A DNA stretch of 64,000 nt from an uncultured bacterium (GTDB taxonomy: Bacteria > Chloroflexota > UBA5177 > JANWHV01): contig CAVSOU010000017.1 in the NCBI GenBank assembly GCA_963729625.1, positions 266,175 through 330,174 of the forward strand, in the 5' to 3' direction. The notes below the pieces were generated by a model. The model did not search any database, was not told where the DNA came from, and worked only from the letters and a program-made list of their open reading frames with translations. Position numbers and translations under genes: made by a program. This document shows positions 1 through 10,711 of the stretch, one piece after another (position 1 is the first letter of the stretch; each line of letters opens with the position of its first letter).

Positions 1-267
1 GGCACGTCCAACAACAGATCGGCTGACGACCTAACGGTGCAATTCGTCCGCGTCGAAGATATGACCGAAGAGACCGGTGCCGCGCTCGAGAGTGCTATTG
101 CCATAATCAAGCCTATGACGCAGCAGGTCGCCAACGCTGGCAGGCTGACGGCCAAGCAGGTGTGTAGCCGCATACAGCCTATTGTCCAGCAAGTGTGTCG
201 GACCGAAACGCCTGGGTCCCCTGCCGCATGCAGCATCACGGCCAGCACTGCACGGCGGCGGGCATAG
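1..267 (+). CDS. 3' end of a gene entering the window, possibly DUF3644-like
   Basis: Frame 1 is open from base 1 (GTSNNRSADDLTVQFVRV...IIKPMTQQVANAGRL) to a stop at 267. The resemblance to DUF3644 C-termini is from memory and weak. Confidence 0.3.
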   Translation, partial: GTSNNRSADDLTVQFVRVEDMTEETGAALESAIAIIKPMTQQVANAGRLTAKQVCSRIQPIVQQVCRTETPGSPAACSITASTARRRA

Positions 268-386
268 GTGTGGCCAACGTTCGCACGACAAGCAGTTGTG
301 CGCCCTGGCTGCCCTTACGCAGTTGCGACCTGAGGGGGCGACCGCCGGGGGCGCCCACTCAGCCAGAAATGCGGATCGCCGACCGC

Positions 387-3011
387 TCAGCTGTGCTCCA
401 CGACTTGCTGCTGGTCGGGTCCGAACGTGTTCCCATGTACCAGCAGCAGATCGGCAGCAGGCAGGAGAATGGCGGTGCCGGCAATGGCCGAAAACGCATT
501 GTCAATTATGGTGGGCTGCGAGGCTGTGTCGACGTAAATGCCGCCATTCGGCCCCTGCGCGAAACCGGAGTCCTTGACCGAGATATTGGCGCCGGCGCGA
601 ATCAACAGCATGCCGGGCACGTTGTACGACCGGTCAAAGCCGCCGTAAAGGACCTGCACGTTCCTGAGGCTGCTGGCGGCGGCCGACGCGTTCTCGACGC
701 GCAACACCTGCCAATCGCCGGGTTTCGGCTGCGCGGCGGCACTGGTGAACATGACGGGTGCACCGGCTGATCCATCGGCCTTCAGCGTCCCGTCCACCTG
801 GAAGAGCGCACCGGGCCCCAGGGCGATGACGGTGCCGGGCGCCAACGAGAGGATCACATGCGCCGCCAGCGTGACCGTCCCCGTCAGCACCACTGGAACC
901 TCGGACGGCAGCCAGGTGGTCGACGTTGCGATCGTGCCGGGACGCGCCACGATGGGCGCCTGACCTGCAGCGAAGTGCAAGTGCGTGAACAGCCCGAGCG
1001 TGTCCACCGAGGCATCTACAGGACTGCCTGCGTCTCCGGCAAACAAACAGTTGGTGATCGTCGGACGCGTGGCGTCGTCGACAAAGACGGCGCCCGAAGA
1101 GTCCTGGGCCACCAGCGAGTTGCGTACCGTGATGCTCGCTCCCGCACGCAGCAGGAGGGCGCCCGGGGTGTTGTAGGATTGATCGATGCCGCCGTAGAAG
1201 ATCTGCACGTGGTCGAGCAGTGATTTCGATGCAGTTGCGTTCTCGATACGCAGCGCTTGCCAATCGCCCGGCTGCGGCATCACAGCGGCGCTGGTAAACG
1301 TGATCGGCGCCCTCGCGGTGCCGGCAGCACTGAGTGTCCCGTCCACTTGGAGGAGCGAATTCGGCCCCATGGCGATAATTGTGCCTGGTTTGAGCGTCAA
1401 GGTCGTGCCAGCATTGAGCGTCACCGTGCCGGTCAGCACAAGCGGTGGCTGCAGAACGGGCCAGATGGCCGTGTGCGTGATCGCGCCTTGTCGGGCGACT
1501 ATCGGTGCCTGGCCAGGTGCGAGCCGTACACCCGCCACCTGCCCGAACAGATCGACGGCCGCATTGATGGGACTGCCGGCGTCATCCGCGAACAAGCAGT
1601 CCGCGATCGTGGGCCGACTGGAATCGTCCACAGAGATCGCCCCGTTTGAGTCAAAGGCGAAGAGGGAGTCTCTGATCGCGATGTTGGCGCCGGCCCGCAC
1701 CAGGACCATGCCCGGCACACTGTAGGCGTGGTCGAAGCCGCCATAGAACATCCGCACGTGGTCGAGCACCGAGCCGCTGGCGCTGCTGTTCTCGATGCGC
1801 AGCGCCTGCCAGTCACCAGGCTGCGGGTGCGGCGAGAAGCTGGTGAATGTAATGGGCGCCGCGGCCGTTCCCTCCGCGCGGAGCACGCCGTCGACCTCGA
1901 GCAAGGCGTCTGGACCGAACTCGACGACCGTGCCGGGGGCCAGGCGCAGGGTCGTGCCCGCAGGGAGGGTAGCCGTGCCCGTCACAAGCACGACGCCGGA
2001 GATGGAAGAGCCAATCAGCGTCCCGGTCAGCAGGATGTGCGGCACGCGCCCGGAGGGCGGCGTCTGCACTGGCATCGGCGGGGCCGGCGGGATAGAGAAG
2101 ACGGGAGGCACCGTGGTCGAGGTCGAGTTGGGAAGCGCCTGTACCCAGCTCACCAGCGTGCGCAGGTCAACCTGCGCCGGCAGGCTGGGCGGCCGGCTGG
2201 GGAGCACCGTGGTCTGCTCACCGGCGCCGACCAGGACGGACCGGCCCTGATTGCTCACCAGGACCCGGCCCTCTATCACCGTGACGATGCCAGTCCGCTG
2301 TCCGCGCAGGTACCGGATGTCCAGCCGGGCGCCTGCCGTGGCAGCCACTGCCGTGCCTACCTGAACCTGGTGACTGGCGCCGTGCGCGACCTCCAGGAAG
2401 AGCTCACCCTGGTTCAGGGTTGCGTTCAGCGGATCCGCGATCACCACGTCCGTGCCGCTATTGAGGTCGGCCAGACTGCCGTCTCGCAAACCGAGGGAGG
2501 CCCGCTGTGCGCTCGCAGTGACTGCGTGGTAGTCCTGGAACAGGCCGTCGCCCACAGCCGCCGCCTGCGGCTTGCGGTGCGGCGCCACGATCGTCAGGCC
2601 GCGCGTGACGGCAAGCACGGAGGCGGGCGAGCCCGGCACGATGGGAATCTGTTGCGTGAGCAGCACGTAGCCGGGGGCAACGGCCTCCATCGTCGCGGTT
2701 CCCACCGACTGCGCATGCACCGTCAGACGCAGTACACCACCATGGGCGCCGCCGATGACGGGGTTGCCTGCTCCGCTGATGCTCACTTGCGCTGCTACCG
2801 GCTGACCGCCGGCGTTGGTCACGACGATGCGCAGCGGGACGTCGCGTCCCACGGCTATCTGTCCGGGTTGGACAGCAATGCGCAGGGTGGGTGCTGCAGC
2901 GTCCAGACGCGCCGTCGAGGCTTCACCGCTCAGGATCGACGCCTGGGCGGCGGGCGAGGGAACCACCATAAGCAGCAGGAAGGCAAGTAGCACACGGTAG
3001 GATATAGGCAT
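387..3011 (-). CDS. secreted FecR-domain protein with three right-handed beta-helix repeats
   Basis: Signal peptide (VLLAFLLLMVVPSPAAQA) and a FecR motif (LRDGSLADLNSGT...LNQGELF...VTVIEGRVLV). Three ~190-aa repeats follow (L.L.PGT.I..GP..L..V.G.L.A.G....P..FTS...P.PGDW..L). ATG 3011 follows AAAGGTG. Confidence 0.75.
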   Translation of the reverse strand: MPISYRVLLAFLLLMVVPSPAAQASILSGEASTARLDAAAPTLRIAVQPGQIAVGRDVPLRIVVTNAGGQPVAAQVSISGAGNPVIGGAHGGVLRLTVHAQSVGTATMEAVAPGYVLLTQQIPIVPGSPASVLAVTRGLTIVAPHRKPQAAAVGDGLFQDYHAVTASAQRASLGLRDGSLADLNSGTDVVIADPLNATLNQGELFLEVAHGASHQVQVGTAVAATAGARLDIRYLRGQRTGIVTVIEGRVLVSNQGRSVLVGAGEQTTVLPSRPPSLPAQVDLRTLVSWVQALPNSTSTTVPPVFSIPPAPPMPVQTPPSGRVPHILLTGTLIGSSISGVVLVTGTATLPAGTTLRLAPGTVVEFGPDALLEVDGVLRAEGTAAAPITFTSFSPHPQPGDWQALRIENSSASGSVLDHVRMFYGGFDHAYSVPGMVLVRAGANIAIRDSLFAFDSNGAISVDDSSRPTIADCLFADDAGSPINAAVDLFGQVAGVRLAPGQAPIVARQGAITHTAIWPVLQPPLVLTGTVTLNAGTTLTLKPGTIIAMGPNSLLQVDGTLSAAGTARAPITFTSAAVMPQPGDWQALRIENATASKSLLDHVQIFYGGIDQSYNTPGALLLRAGASITVRNSLVAQDSSGAVFVDDATRPTITNCLFAGDAGSPVDASVDTLGLFTHLHFAAGQAPIVARPGTIATSTTWLPSEVPVVLTGTVTLAAHVILSLAPGTVIALGPGALFQVDGTLKADGSAGAPVMFTSAAAQPKPGDWQVLRVENASAAASSLRNVQVLYGGFDRSYNVPGMLLIRAGANISVKDSGFAQGPNGGIYVDTASQPTIIDNAFSAIAGTAILLPAADLLLVHGNTFGPDQQQVVEHS

Positions 3012-3145
3012 GATCACACCTTTCGAGGAGAACTAGCGATTGCGACCGCGCGGCAAACGTCATTGAGGCTGCCCCAACGCTACAACTCGCTTGCTCCGCT
3101 GTCAAGCTTGACGGAGAATCAATCGGCCGAAACGATGGTATGGTG

Positions 3146-4033
3146 TTAGCGCCCACCCTGACCGGTCAGGGCAATCCCCTCTACGATCCAGCGCTGCGCG
3201 ATCACGTAGACGACAAGCACTGGAATCAAGGAGAGCGACGCGCCGACCATCAGCAGATTCCACTGGATGGTGTACTGGCTCTGAAACTCGATGATCCCCA
3301 ACGGCAACGTCTTCAACGATTCCGTATCCACTACTACCAGCGGCCAGAGGAAGTTGTTCCATGAGCCGAGGAAGGCGAAGATCACTAACGCGGCGAGCGC
3401 CGGTTTGGCGAGCGGCATCACGATGCGGGCGTAGATCGAGAAGTGCCCGGCCCCGTCCAGCAGCGCCGCCTCCTCGAGGTCCGCGGGCAGCGTCAGGAAG
3501 AATTGGCGCAACAGAAACGTGCTGAATACGCTGGACACGAAGGGTGCGATCATTCCCTGGTAAGTGTTATGCCAACCCAAATAGTGAATCAGGATGTAGT
3601 TCGGGATGAGCGTCACCTGAAACGGGATGATCAGCGTGGCGAGATAGACCGCGAAGAGAGCTCCTCGACCGGGAAAGCGCAGACGAGCGAACGCGTAGGC
3701 TGCCAGCGACGCAGTGATGACCTGGCAGCTGGTAATCGCCACGGCGACAATCATGCTGTTGATGAAGAAGCGTCCAATCGGCAATTGCTCCCACACGCTC
3801 TGATAGTTCCCCCATTCAAAGGGCTGGGGAATGAACTGGGGTGTCAGCGAGCCGATCTGCGCGTTCGTCTCGAGCGACGTCACGACCATGTAGACAAAGG
3901 GCAGCAGTACGATCGCGGCGCCGCCGGCGAGCAACAACCAGATCAAGGTGCCCGCCACGACAGCGCGGGCACGCAACGGCCGCTTCTCACGCAACCGAGG
4001 GGCCATCGCAGGAGGCTCAGCGCGGCTAACCAT
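3146..4033 (-). CDS. carbohydrate ABC transporter permease (MalG/UgpE type)
   Basis: EAA loop LEEAALLDGA and WNNFLWPL motif. Overlaps the upstream permease. Confidence 0.93.
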   Translation of the reverse strand: MVSRAEPPAMAPRLREKRPLRARAVVAGTLIWLLLAGGAAIVLLPFVYMVVTSLETNAQIGSLTPQFIPQPFEWGNYQSVWEQLPIGRFFINSMIVAVAITSCQVITASLAAYAFARLRFPGRGALFAVYLATLIIPFQVTLIPNYILIHYLGWHNTYQGMIAPFVSSVFSTFLLRQFFLTLPADLEEAALLDGAGHFSIYARIVMPLAKPALAALVIFAFLGSWNNFLWPLVVVDTESLKTLPLGIIEFQSQYTIQWNLLMVGASLSLIPVLVVYVIAQRWIVEGIALTGQGGR

Positions 4034-5009
4034 AATGCACCCAGCGGCGCTGCAACGTGAACTGCACCATCGTCACGGCGAATACCAGCATGAACAGCAC
4101 CCAGGCTACCGCGGAGGCAATGCCCATGTTCGATCCGGCGAAGACAAAGGCCCGCTGAAACAGGTAGCCAACCAGCGTATTCGTCGCGTTGTCAGGGTAG
4201 AACTGCCCGCCCGTCATGGCGTAGGCCTGGTCGAATATCTGAAACGAGCCGATCGTCGTCACCACGACCACAAAGAACGTCGTCGGGCTGATCAGCGGCA
4301 AGGTGACGTGTCTGAACTGTCCCCACTTACCGGCGCCGTCGACTGCTGCCGCCTCCATGAGCGAGCGATCGACGCCCTGCAAGCCTGCCAGGAAGAGCAC
4401 GATGTTGAAGCCAATCTGCCGCCAGACGCCGAAGAGTATCAACGCGGGCATGGCCCAGGTCGTGCTGTTGAGCCAGCCGGGAGGATTCGGAACGCCGATC
4501 GCGTAGAGCGCACTGTCGATCAGCCCCGCGCGCGGGTCATAAATCCACTGAAAGACGAGCGCGGCGGCGACCAGCGTGGTGATATAGGGGGAAAAGTACG
4601 CCGTGCGCAGGAGCAGCGAGCCCGGCAGCTTGAGGTTGAGGCCCAACGCCACCAGCAGCGCCAGGGCCGTGGAAATCGGCACCACGCCCAGCGTGTAGTA
4701 CAGCGTGTTGAAGAATACCTTGCGGAAGAGATCGTCGTCCCACAGGTACCTGTAGTTATCCAGGCCGGCGAAGCTCGGAGCATTGAGCAGATCCCAGTGC
4801 GCGAAGCTCAGGCCAAATGTGGCCAGCACGCCGAGCACCGTGAATATGAAGAAGGGGATGAGATCCGGCAGCAAGAACAGGATTGCCACGCGCCCGTCAC
4901 CCCGCCGGTACGCCCCGTCCCGATGACCGCGGCGCCGTACAAGTCGCGCGCGAATGGGTGTTCGTGCGTCACGTGGCATAGACGGAGTTGGTAGCGTGCC
5001 GGCAACCAC
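4026..5009 (-). CDS. carbohydrate ABC transporter permease (MalF/UgpA type)
   Basis: GLDNY and LMEAAAVDGA...QFRHVTLP motifs; six TM segments. Confidence 0.93.
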   Translation of the reverse strand: MVAGTLPTPSMPRDARTPIRARLVRRRGHRDGAYRRGDGRVAILFLLPDLIPFFIFTVLGVLATFGLSFAHWDLLNAPSFAGLDNYRYLWDDDLFRKVFFNTLYYTLGVVPISTALALLVALGLNLKLPGSLLLRTAYFSPYITTLVAAALVFQWIYDPRAGLIDSALYAIGVPNPPGWLNSTTWAMPALILFGVWRQIGFNIVLFLAGLQGVDRSLMEAAAVDGAGKWGQFRHVTLPLISPTTFFVVVVTTIGSFQIFDQAYAMTGGQFYPDNATNTLVGYLFQRAFVFAGSNMGIASAVAWVLFMLVFAVTMVQFTLQRRWVHYG

Positions 5010-5058
5010 GACGGGGGCCGCTCTGGCGGCCCCCGACGCGCTTTTGCCGAAGCGGCGC

Positions 5059-6402
5059 TTACCCCTTCAGCAGCTTCTGCGCGGCCGCGGCTGCTTTTGG
5101 CAGAGCCTCCGCCGCCGTCTGCTCGCCGATCCAGATCGGCTGCAGCGCCGAGTCGATAGCATTGAAGACCGGCCCAACCTGGGCAAAGGATGGGAAGTCA
5201 TGTCCGAGCTTGGTCTGAGCGGTGAATACCTTGTTATACGGCTTGCTGGTCCATGTTGCCGAGCTCAACGCCTCAGGGCTGAGCGGTACGATGTCGTCGC
5301 CGGCCGCAAAAGCGAGTGAAGCGATGGAGCCGGTCATGAAGTCCCAGAGCTGATAGGCAGCATCGGGCTGGGAGCTGAACTTGGACATGCAGTAGCCGGC
5401 GCCGCCCGTGGCATTCACCACTTTATGGCCGCTGAAGTGCGGCATACCGACGACAAACCAATCCAGACCCTTCGTCTTGTTGAAGGTCGGGACGAGGGCA
5501 TGGTTGCCGAACGCCATGGCAAGCTGCCCGCCCGAGAACAGCGACGCGATCGTCGCCGAGCCAGCCATCTGCGATGGCGGTGGCGTAACCTTGTCGACAT
5601 TTGTCAGGTCGCCAATGAACTGCAGTGCTTGCGCACCGGCCGGCGTATTGAACGTGGCTTTGGTAGGCGTGGCATCGCTGTCGAACAGCTCCACGCCGTT
5701 CTCCCACAGCCACAGCCGCCAGAAGTCGGTCTCGTAGGCATAGCCGTACTGGCTGACCCGGGCGCCGCTGCCGATCGTGAGCTTCATCGCGGTAGCACGC
5801 AGATCGTCGTAGCTCCAGCCGTCCTTGGGGTATGCCACACCGGCCTTCCGGAACAGCTTGCGATTGTAGAAGATGACTTTCGTGTCATTGTCGCGCGGCA
5901 CACCGTAAAGGCCGCCATTCCACTCAAACAGGAAGAGCTCGCCCTGCGTGTAGCCGGCAAGATTCTTGCCGTGCTTTGCGGCCATCGCACGGATGTCGAG
6001 CAGCGCGCCCTTAGCAGCATAGGTTGGCACGTACGTCAGAAACATGACGTCCGGAATGCTCTTCGTCGCCAGGTCGGCGTTGAGGCGAATGAAATAGCTT
6101 GTGAAATCGGTCCATTGAGGCTGCACCTGAATATTGGGGTAGCGCGCCTGGAATACCTTGAGAATTGCATTGGCCGTGATCTGCTCGTCAATGCTACCCC
6201 ACGAGCCAAAGGTTATCTGTACCGGGCTGCTGGTCGCGGCGTGCGCCGATGCCGGGCCTTCGAGTGCTTCAAGCGCATAGGCAATGGCTGGGATCGACGC
6301 ACCCAGGGCCAGGGCCCGCTTGATGAACGTCACGCGACTCATTCCCGAGGCAGCGGCGTCGGTGGCCAGGGTCTCCAGATCGCGCTCGTACCGGTCTGCC
6401 AT
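5059..6402 (-). CDS. carbohydrate ABC transporter substrate-binding protein (family 1)
   Basis: Tat-like leader (SRVTFIKRALALG) and PDVM, LYGVP...IFYNRKLF motifs. RBS AAGGAG upstream. Confidence 0.92.
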   Translation of the reverse strand: MADRYERDLETLATDAAASGMSRVTFIKRALALGASIPAIAYALEALEGPASAHAATSSPVQITFGSWGSIDEQITANAILKVFQARYPNIQVQPQWTDFTSYFIRLNADLATKSIPDVMFLTYVPTYAAKGALLDIRAMAAKHGKNLAGYTQGELFLFEWNGGLYGVPRDNDTKVIFYNRKLFRKAGVAYPKDGWSYDDLRATAMKLTIGSGARVSQYGYAYETDFWRLWLWENGVELFDSDATPTKATFNTPAGAQALQFIGDLTNVDKVTPPPSQMAGSATIASLFSGGQLAMAFGNHALVPTFNKTKGLDWFVVGMPHFSGHKVVNATGGAGYCMSKFSSQPDAAYQLWDFMTGSIASLAFAAGDDIVPLSPEALSSATWTSKPYNKVFTAQTKLGHDFPSFAQVGPVFNAIDSALQPIWIGEQTAAEALPKAAAAAQKLLKG

Positions 6403-6619
6403 GATCCTTACTCCTTACGACCCACATATCCACACGGCTTGTCATCCACATAAGCCGGTGGAATCATTATAGCCTCACGGATAGTAGCCCAACGGATCCG
6501 CCTACGCCATACCAGCGCAGCAATTGTGGTATGGCGCTCAGCTATGCGCTTGCCTAGAAGATCGGGCGCGGCGCCTGACCCCTACCGGTAGCCGGCCTCC
6601 GGCTGGTCAGAGGCGAGAC

Positions 6620-7570
6620 CTACTCCCTATTGGCGCTGAAGGGGTCAAGCGCGTCCCGCAGGCCGTCGCCCAGCAGATTCACGCTCAACACGGTGACAAG
6701 GATCATCAGTCCAGGATAGATGGCGGCCCAGGGAGCGTTAGCCATGTTTTCCTGGGCGTCGGCGAGCATGCTGCCCCAGCTGGAGGTGGGCGGCTGCACG
6801 CCGAAGCCGAAGAAGCTCAGCACCGATTCCAGGATGATGTTATTGCCGACCAGAAGCGTGGCGTTCACGACGATCGGGGCAATGGCGTTGGGCAACAGGT
6901 GATGAACGATAATTCCCGTGGGACTGACGCCCATCGCCTTGGCGGCCTGGATATACTCGCGCTCCTTCAACGACAAGAACTCGCCGCGCACCAGCCGGGC
7001 GATGTACGTCCAGCTTACGGCCATGATCACCAGCACGATCATCGCGATGTTCTGACCGCCCGTGTTTCCGGCGATGAAGGCTGAAAGCACAAACAGCAGC
7101 AGGTAGAGTGGAAATGAGAGCATCACATCGGTCAAGCGCATCACGATATTGTCGATCCAGCCGCCGAAGTAGCCGGCGACGGCGCCGAGGAACGTGCCGA
7201 GCAGGATGGCGGTAATCATCGAGCTGAAACCGATGAGCAGCGAGATGCGACCGCCGTAGAGAATGCGGCTGAACACGTCGCGGCCCGAGAAGTCCATGCC
7301 CATGATGTGCGCGCTGCTGGGCGGAGCGCCGTTGAAGGCGTTGTAATCCTCGAAGTTCGGGTCGTGCGGCGCGATCCAGGGCGCGAGAACGGCGGAGCCG
7401 GTGAGCAGCACGATGAGCACGGTTGCAACCAGCGCCAGCTTGTGTTTTCGGAAGCGCCGCCAGGCCAGGTTCATGAGGCTGAGATGCTTGGTTTCTACAG
7501 TCTCAATCGCGCTCGGCGAGAAGTCGCGGGCGGCGCCCCTGTCGGACTTCATGGGATCGCTGGTGGTCAT
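6620..7570 (-). CDS. peptide/nickel ABC permease, OppC/DppC type
   Basis: MGMDFSGRDVFSR, EREYIQAAKAMG, HLLPNA, GDGLRDALDP. Confidence 0.93.
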   Translation of the reverse strand: MTTSDPMKSDRGAARDFSPSAIETVETKHLSLMNLAWRRFRKHKLALVATVLIVLLTGSAVLAPWIAPHDPNFEDYNAFNGAPPSSAHIMGMDFSGRDVFSRILYGGRISLLIGFSSMITAILLGTFLGAVAGYFGGWIDNIVMRLTDVMLSFPLYLLLFVLSAFIAGNTGGQNIAMIVLVIMAVSWTYIARLVRGEFLSLKEREYIQAAKAMGVSPTGIIVHHLLPNAIAPIVVNATLLVGNNIILESVLSFFGFGVQPPTSSWGSMLADAQENMANAPWAAIYPGLMILVTVLSVNLLGDGLRDALDPFSANRE

Positions 7571-7620
7571 GCAATCTCCTGGCGCGTCGAGCTCTGGTGA
7601 CTCACGTGCGATGCCGGCCG

Positions 7621-8571
7621 CTACGAATAGCGGATTCGGGGATCGAGCAATCCATAGATGATGTCGGCGATGATGTTACAGGCAACAATGGTCACGGCTG
7701 AAAGCTCCATCATGGCCATCAGCACGGGATAGTCGCGCGATGACAGCGAATCGTAGAACAACCGCCCCAGTCCCGGCCAGGCGAAGATCGTCTCGGTGAT
7801 CACGGCGCCGCCGAAGATGGTGCCAAAGTCGAGGGCGACAACCGTGACCAGGGGGATCAGGGCATTTCGGAACGCATGCCTGAACACGATCGTCAAGCGC
7901 TTCGCGCCTTTTGCGCGCGCCGTGCGCAGGTAGTCCTGGTGCAGCACTTCGAGCATGCTGGAACGCAGGTAGCGGCTCCAAGCTGCAATGAAGTTGAGCG
8001 ACAGCACGATCGCAGGCAAGATCATGTGATGAATCTGATCCCACAGCGTGGCAGGCACGCCTTCCGTAATCTGGCCGCTGGTGGGAAACCAGTTGTGTTG
8101 CACGGCCAGTACCAGAATCAGCATCTCGGCGAACCAAAATATCGGCATGGAAATGCCGATGTACGAGAGCACGGTCAGTACGTAGTCGAGGATCGAGTAT
8201 TGCCTGACGGCGGCGATGATGCCGAGCGGGATAGCGCAGATCAGCGCAAGCAGGAAGGCGGTACCCAACAGCTGCACCGTTGCCGGCAAGCGGTCGCCGA
8301 TGATGCTGGCGACGGGCTGACCGTTCGTGAACGTGTTGCCGAGGTTGAGCCGGAGCGTGCCCCACAGCCACTTGACGTACTGAATGTACCAGGGCTGGTC
8401 GAGGCCCAGGCTGACAACCATGTCGTGACGGGCCTGGGCGCTCATGCGCGGGCTGAAGGCGACCTGCTCCGGGCCGCCGGGAATGAGATGCAGCAGGAGG
8501 AACAGGGCCATGCTGATCACGAGCAGCAGCGGAATAGCCTGCAGCAGCCTTCGGACAATGTAGGTGGTCAC
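7621..8571 (-). CDS. peptide/nickel ABC permease, OppB/DppB type
   Basis: YIVRRLL, GLDQP..QY, DYLRTARAKG, HAFRNAL, LDPRIR. Start placed at GTG 8571 rather than the ORF-track 8790. Confidence 0.92.
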   Translation of the reverse strand: MTTYIVRRLLQAIPLLLVISMALFLLLHLIPGGPEQVAFSPRMSAQARHDMVVSLGLDQPWYIQYVKWLWGTLRLNLGNTFTNGQPVASIIGDRLPATVQLLGTAFLLALICAIPLGIIAAVRQYSILDYVLTVLSYIGISMPIFWFAEMLILVLAVQHNWFPTSGQITEGVPATLWDQIHHMILPAIVLSLNFIAAWSRYLRSSMLEVLHQDYLRTARAKGAKRLTIVFRHAFRNALIPLVTVVALDFGTIFGGAVITETIFAWPGLGRLFYDSLSSRDYPVLMAMMELSAVTIVACNIIADIIYGLLDPRIRYS

Positions 8572-8618
8572 GTGTGTTGTCCCCACTGGTTGAACTCTTC
8601 GCTCAACGTGGTGTATTC

Positions 8619-8665
8619 GCGGGCGCGCCGCGTCCGCGGCGCGCCCGCCTAGATCATAATCTAGG
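8619..8665. promoter_or_regulatory. perfect GC hairpin plus adjacent operator-like palindrome in a divergent intergenic region
   Basis: GCGGGCGCGCCGCG-TC-CGCGGCGCGCCCGC (8619-8648) abuts CCTAGAT-CATA-ATCTAGG (8648-8665). Confidence 0.45.
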
Positions 8666-9026
8666 TCATCGACCTCAACGTGAAAAGCGGTGTGGGCGGT
8701 CGTCGCGTGTCGCGGCGCTCGTCGATGGACCGGTGTTCGGCCACAAATCTCGTGGGCAGGGCGCAACCTTCCGTTATGCGGTATGTTCATTGCGTATGGC
8801 CGTGGCAGGCAATGGGAGGAGCCTGACAGGCGCCTTGGGCGCGCGTCGACGATGCCGCGCCACCCACCTCGAACGCGACAAGGAGGTGCTATGCAGTAAG
8901 GCCGGTACGAGAGGTTCGCCCGTCAGACCGTCGAGAGCCCGTCATTGTTCCCGTGATCTCCAATTGGATTGCCAGCTCTGAGCATTGCAGAGTGCAGAGT
9001 ATCGACACAATATGGAGTACAACTAT

Positions 9027-10691
9027 ATGAAATTCTTCCGTTCCCGGGGAAAAGTGCTGGCAACGCTAGTGACCTTCGCGGCGCTGGTTGCCGGAACCAT
9101 TGGACCTGTGCACGCGCAGCGCCCGCAGCAAGCCGCTACAGCGGACAGCAACGTGCTGACATACCCCATCGCGACCCAGACCTTATGGGCTGGCACGCTG
9201 GATCCCTCGCAGGTTTCCCTGCTCGTCGACAGCGATATCACGCAGAAGATCTATTCCGGCTTGCTGAAGCAATCGTTCAATGACAAGACCCGCCTGTTCG
9301 ACATCGTGCCCGACCTGGCGGCCGGCATGCCCACGGTGAGCAAGGATGGCCTTACCTATACGTTCAAGATCCGCTCCGACGCCAAGTTCTCGGACGGTAC
9401 GTCGATCACGGCGCAGGACTTCGTCTCCAGCTGGACGCGCGTCGTCGACCCGAAGGCCAACTCGCCCGTCGAATACTACATGAGTCCGATACAGGGCGCC
9501 GATGCCTATGCCGCCGGCAAGGCGAAGACCTGGGGTGTAAAGGCGCTGGACGCCGGCACCCTGCAGGTCACCCTCGTTCATCCGGCCGTGTACTTCCTCT
9601 ATGACCTGACGTACCCGACCTTCTTTGTGCTCAAGCAGGGTATCCCGGTCGGGGCCAAGCTGACCACCGATCCCTCGTTGACGATCAGCTCCGGCGCCTG
9701 GATGATCAAAGATCACACCTGGAAGTACCGCAGCGAGATCTCGCTGGTGCCCAACCCCAACTACTGGGAATACAGCAAGATCACGCTCAAAGAGATCGAC
9801 ATCGTGTTCACGGGCACCTACGACACAATGCTCGCGGCCTACCGGAGCGGCCAGTACCCCATCGCCTGGCTGACTTCGGCCAACCTGGCGACCTACAAGG
9901 GTGCCCCCGAGTACCACACCACGAGCCTGCTCGGCGATGTCTGGCTGAGCATGAACTCTCACATCGCGCCCTTCACCAACAAGAATTTCCGCCTTGCCGT
10001 GGCCTTCGCCATCGATCGCGACGCCATTACCAAGGGTGTCGATCACGGCGCGAACGTGACACAATACGCCTGGTATCCGCCTGGCATCCTGGGCTATGAC
10101 CCGAACGTGCAGAAACAGCCCGGCGTGCCGTATTACAACCCGACCATCGCCAAGCAATACCTGGCTGCGGCCATGAAGCAAATGTCGACGGTGCCGACTA
10201 TCAGCCTCGAGTTCCGCAGCGAGAACCCCGACGTCGCCCGCGAGATGGCCGAAGTGCAGACCAATCTCAAGGCCGTCGGTATCAGCATCGTCCTGCATCC
10301 AGTGCCACGTTCCACCTGGGTCAATGATGGCAACGGCGGCAAGACCCAGTTCATCTGGAGCGACTGGTACGACGATTATCCAGATCCGCAGGACTTCTCC
10401 GACTACCTGATCCGCACCGGCGCCGGCGAGAACTGGGGCCGCTATTCCAATCCCGCCGTCGACAAGCTCTTCGATCAGGCGAACGTAACCAGCGACACTG
10501 CCACGCGCAAGGCACTGCTCCAGCAGGCACAGCTGACAATCCTGCGCGACGCGGGCGTGACCATGATCTACACCTTCGGCAATCAAGCACTGGTCAGCAC
10601 CAAGATCCACGGCATGGAACTGAATCCGAGCTACGGCGACGAGCCGCAGCCTATCGCCAACGACTGGGCCAACGTAACCGTTTCGTCGTAG
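9027..10691 (+). CDS. oppA: peptide ABC transporter substrate-binding protein (family 5, OppA-like)
   Basis: Signal peptide; TLDP, PDLA..., SKDGLTYTFKIR..AKFSDG..ITAQDF and DYPDP motifs. ATG 9027 follows GGAG. Confidence 0.9.
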   Translation: MKFFRSRGKVLATLVTFAALVAGTIGPVHAQRPQQAATADSNVLTYPIATQTLWAGTLDPSQVSLLVDSDITQKIYSGLLKQSFNDKTRLFDIVPDLAAGMPTVSKDGLTYTFKIRSDAKFSDGTSITAQDFVSSWTRVVDPKANSPVEYYMSPIQGADAYAAGKAKTWGVKALDAGTLQVTLVHPAVYFLYDLTYPTFFVLKQGIPVGAKLTTDPSLTISSGAWMIKDHTWKYRSEISLVPNPNYWEYSKITLKEIDIVFTGTYDTMLAAYRSGQYPIAWLTSANLATYKGAPEYHTTSLLGDVWLSMNSHIAPFTNKNFRLAVAFAIDRDAITKGVDHGANVTQYAWYPPGILGYDPNVQKQPGVPYYNPTIAKQYLAAAMKQMSTVPTISLEFRSENPDVAREMAEVQTNLKAVGISIVLHPVPRSTWVNDGNGGKTQFIWSDWYDDYPDPQDFSDYLIRTGAGENWGRYSNPAVDKLFDQANVTSDTATRKALLQQAQLTILRDAGVTMIYTFGNQALVSTKIHGMELNPSYGDEPQPIANDWANVTVSS

Positions 10692-10711
10692 GCAGCGCAT
10701 CAACCCGCACA

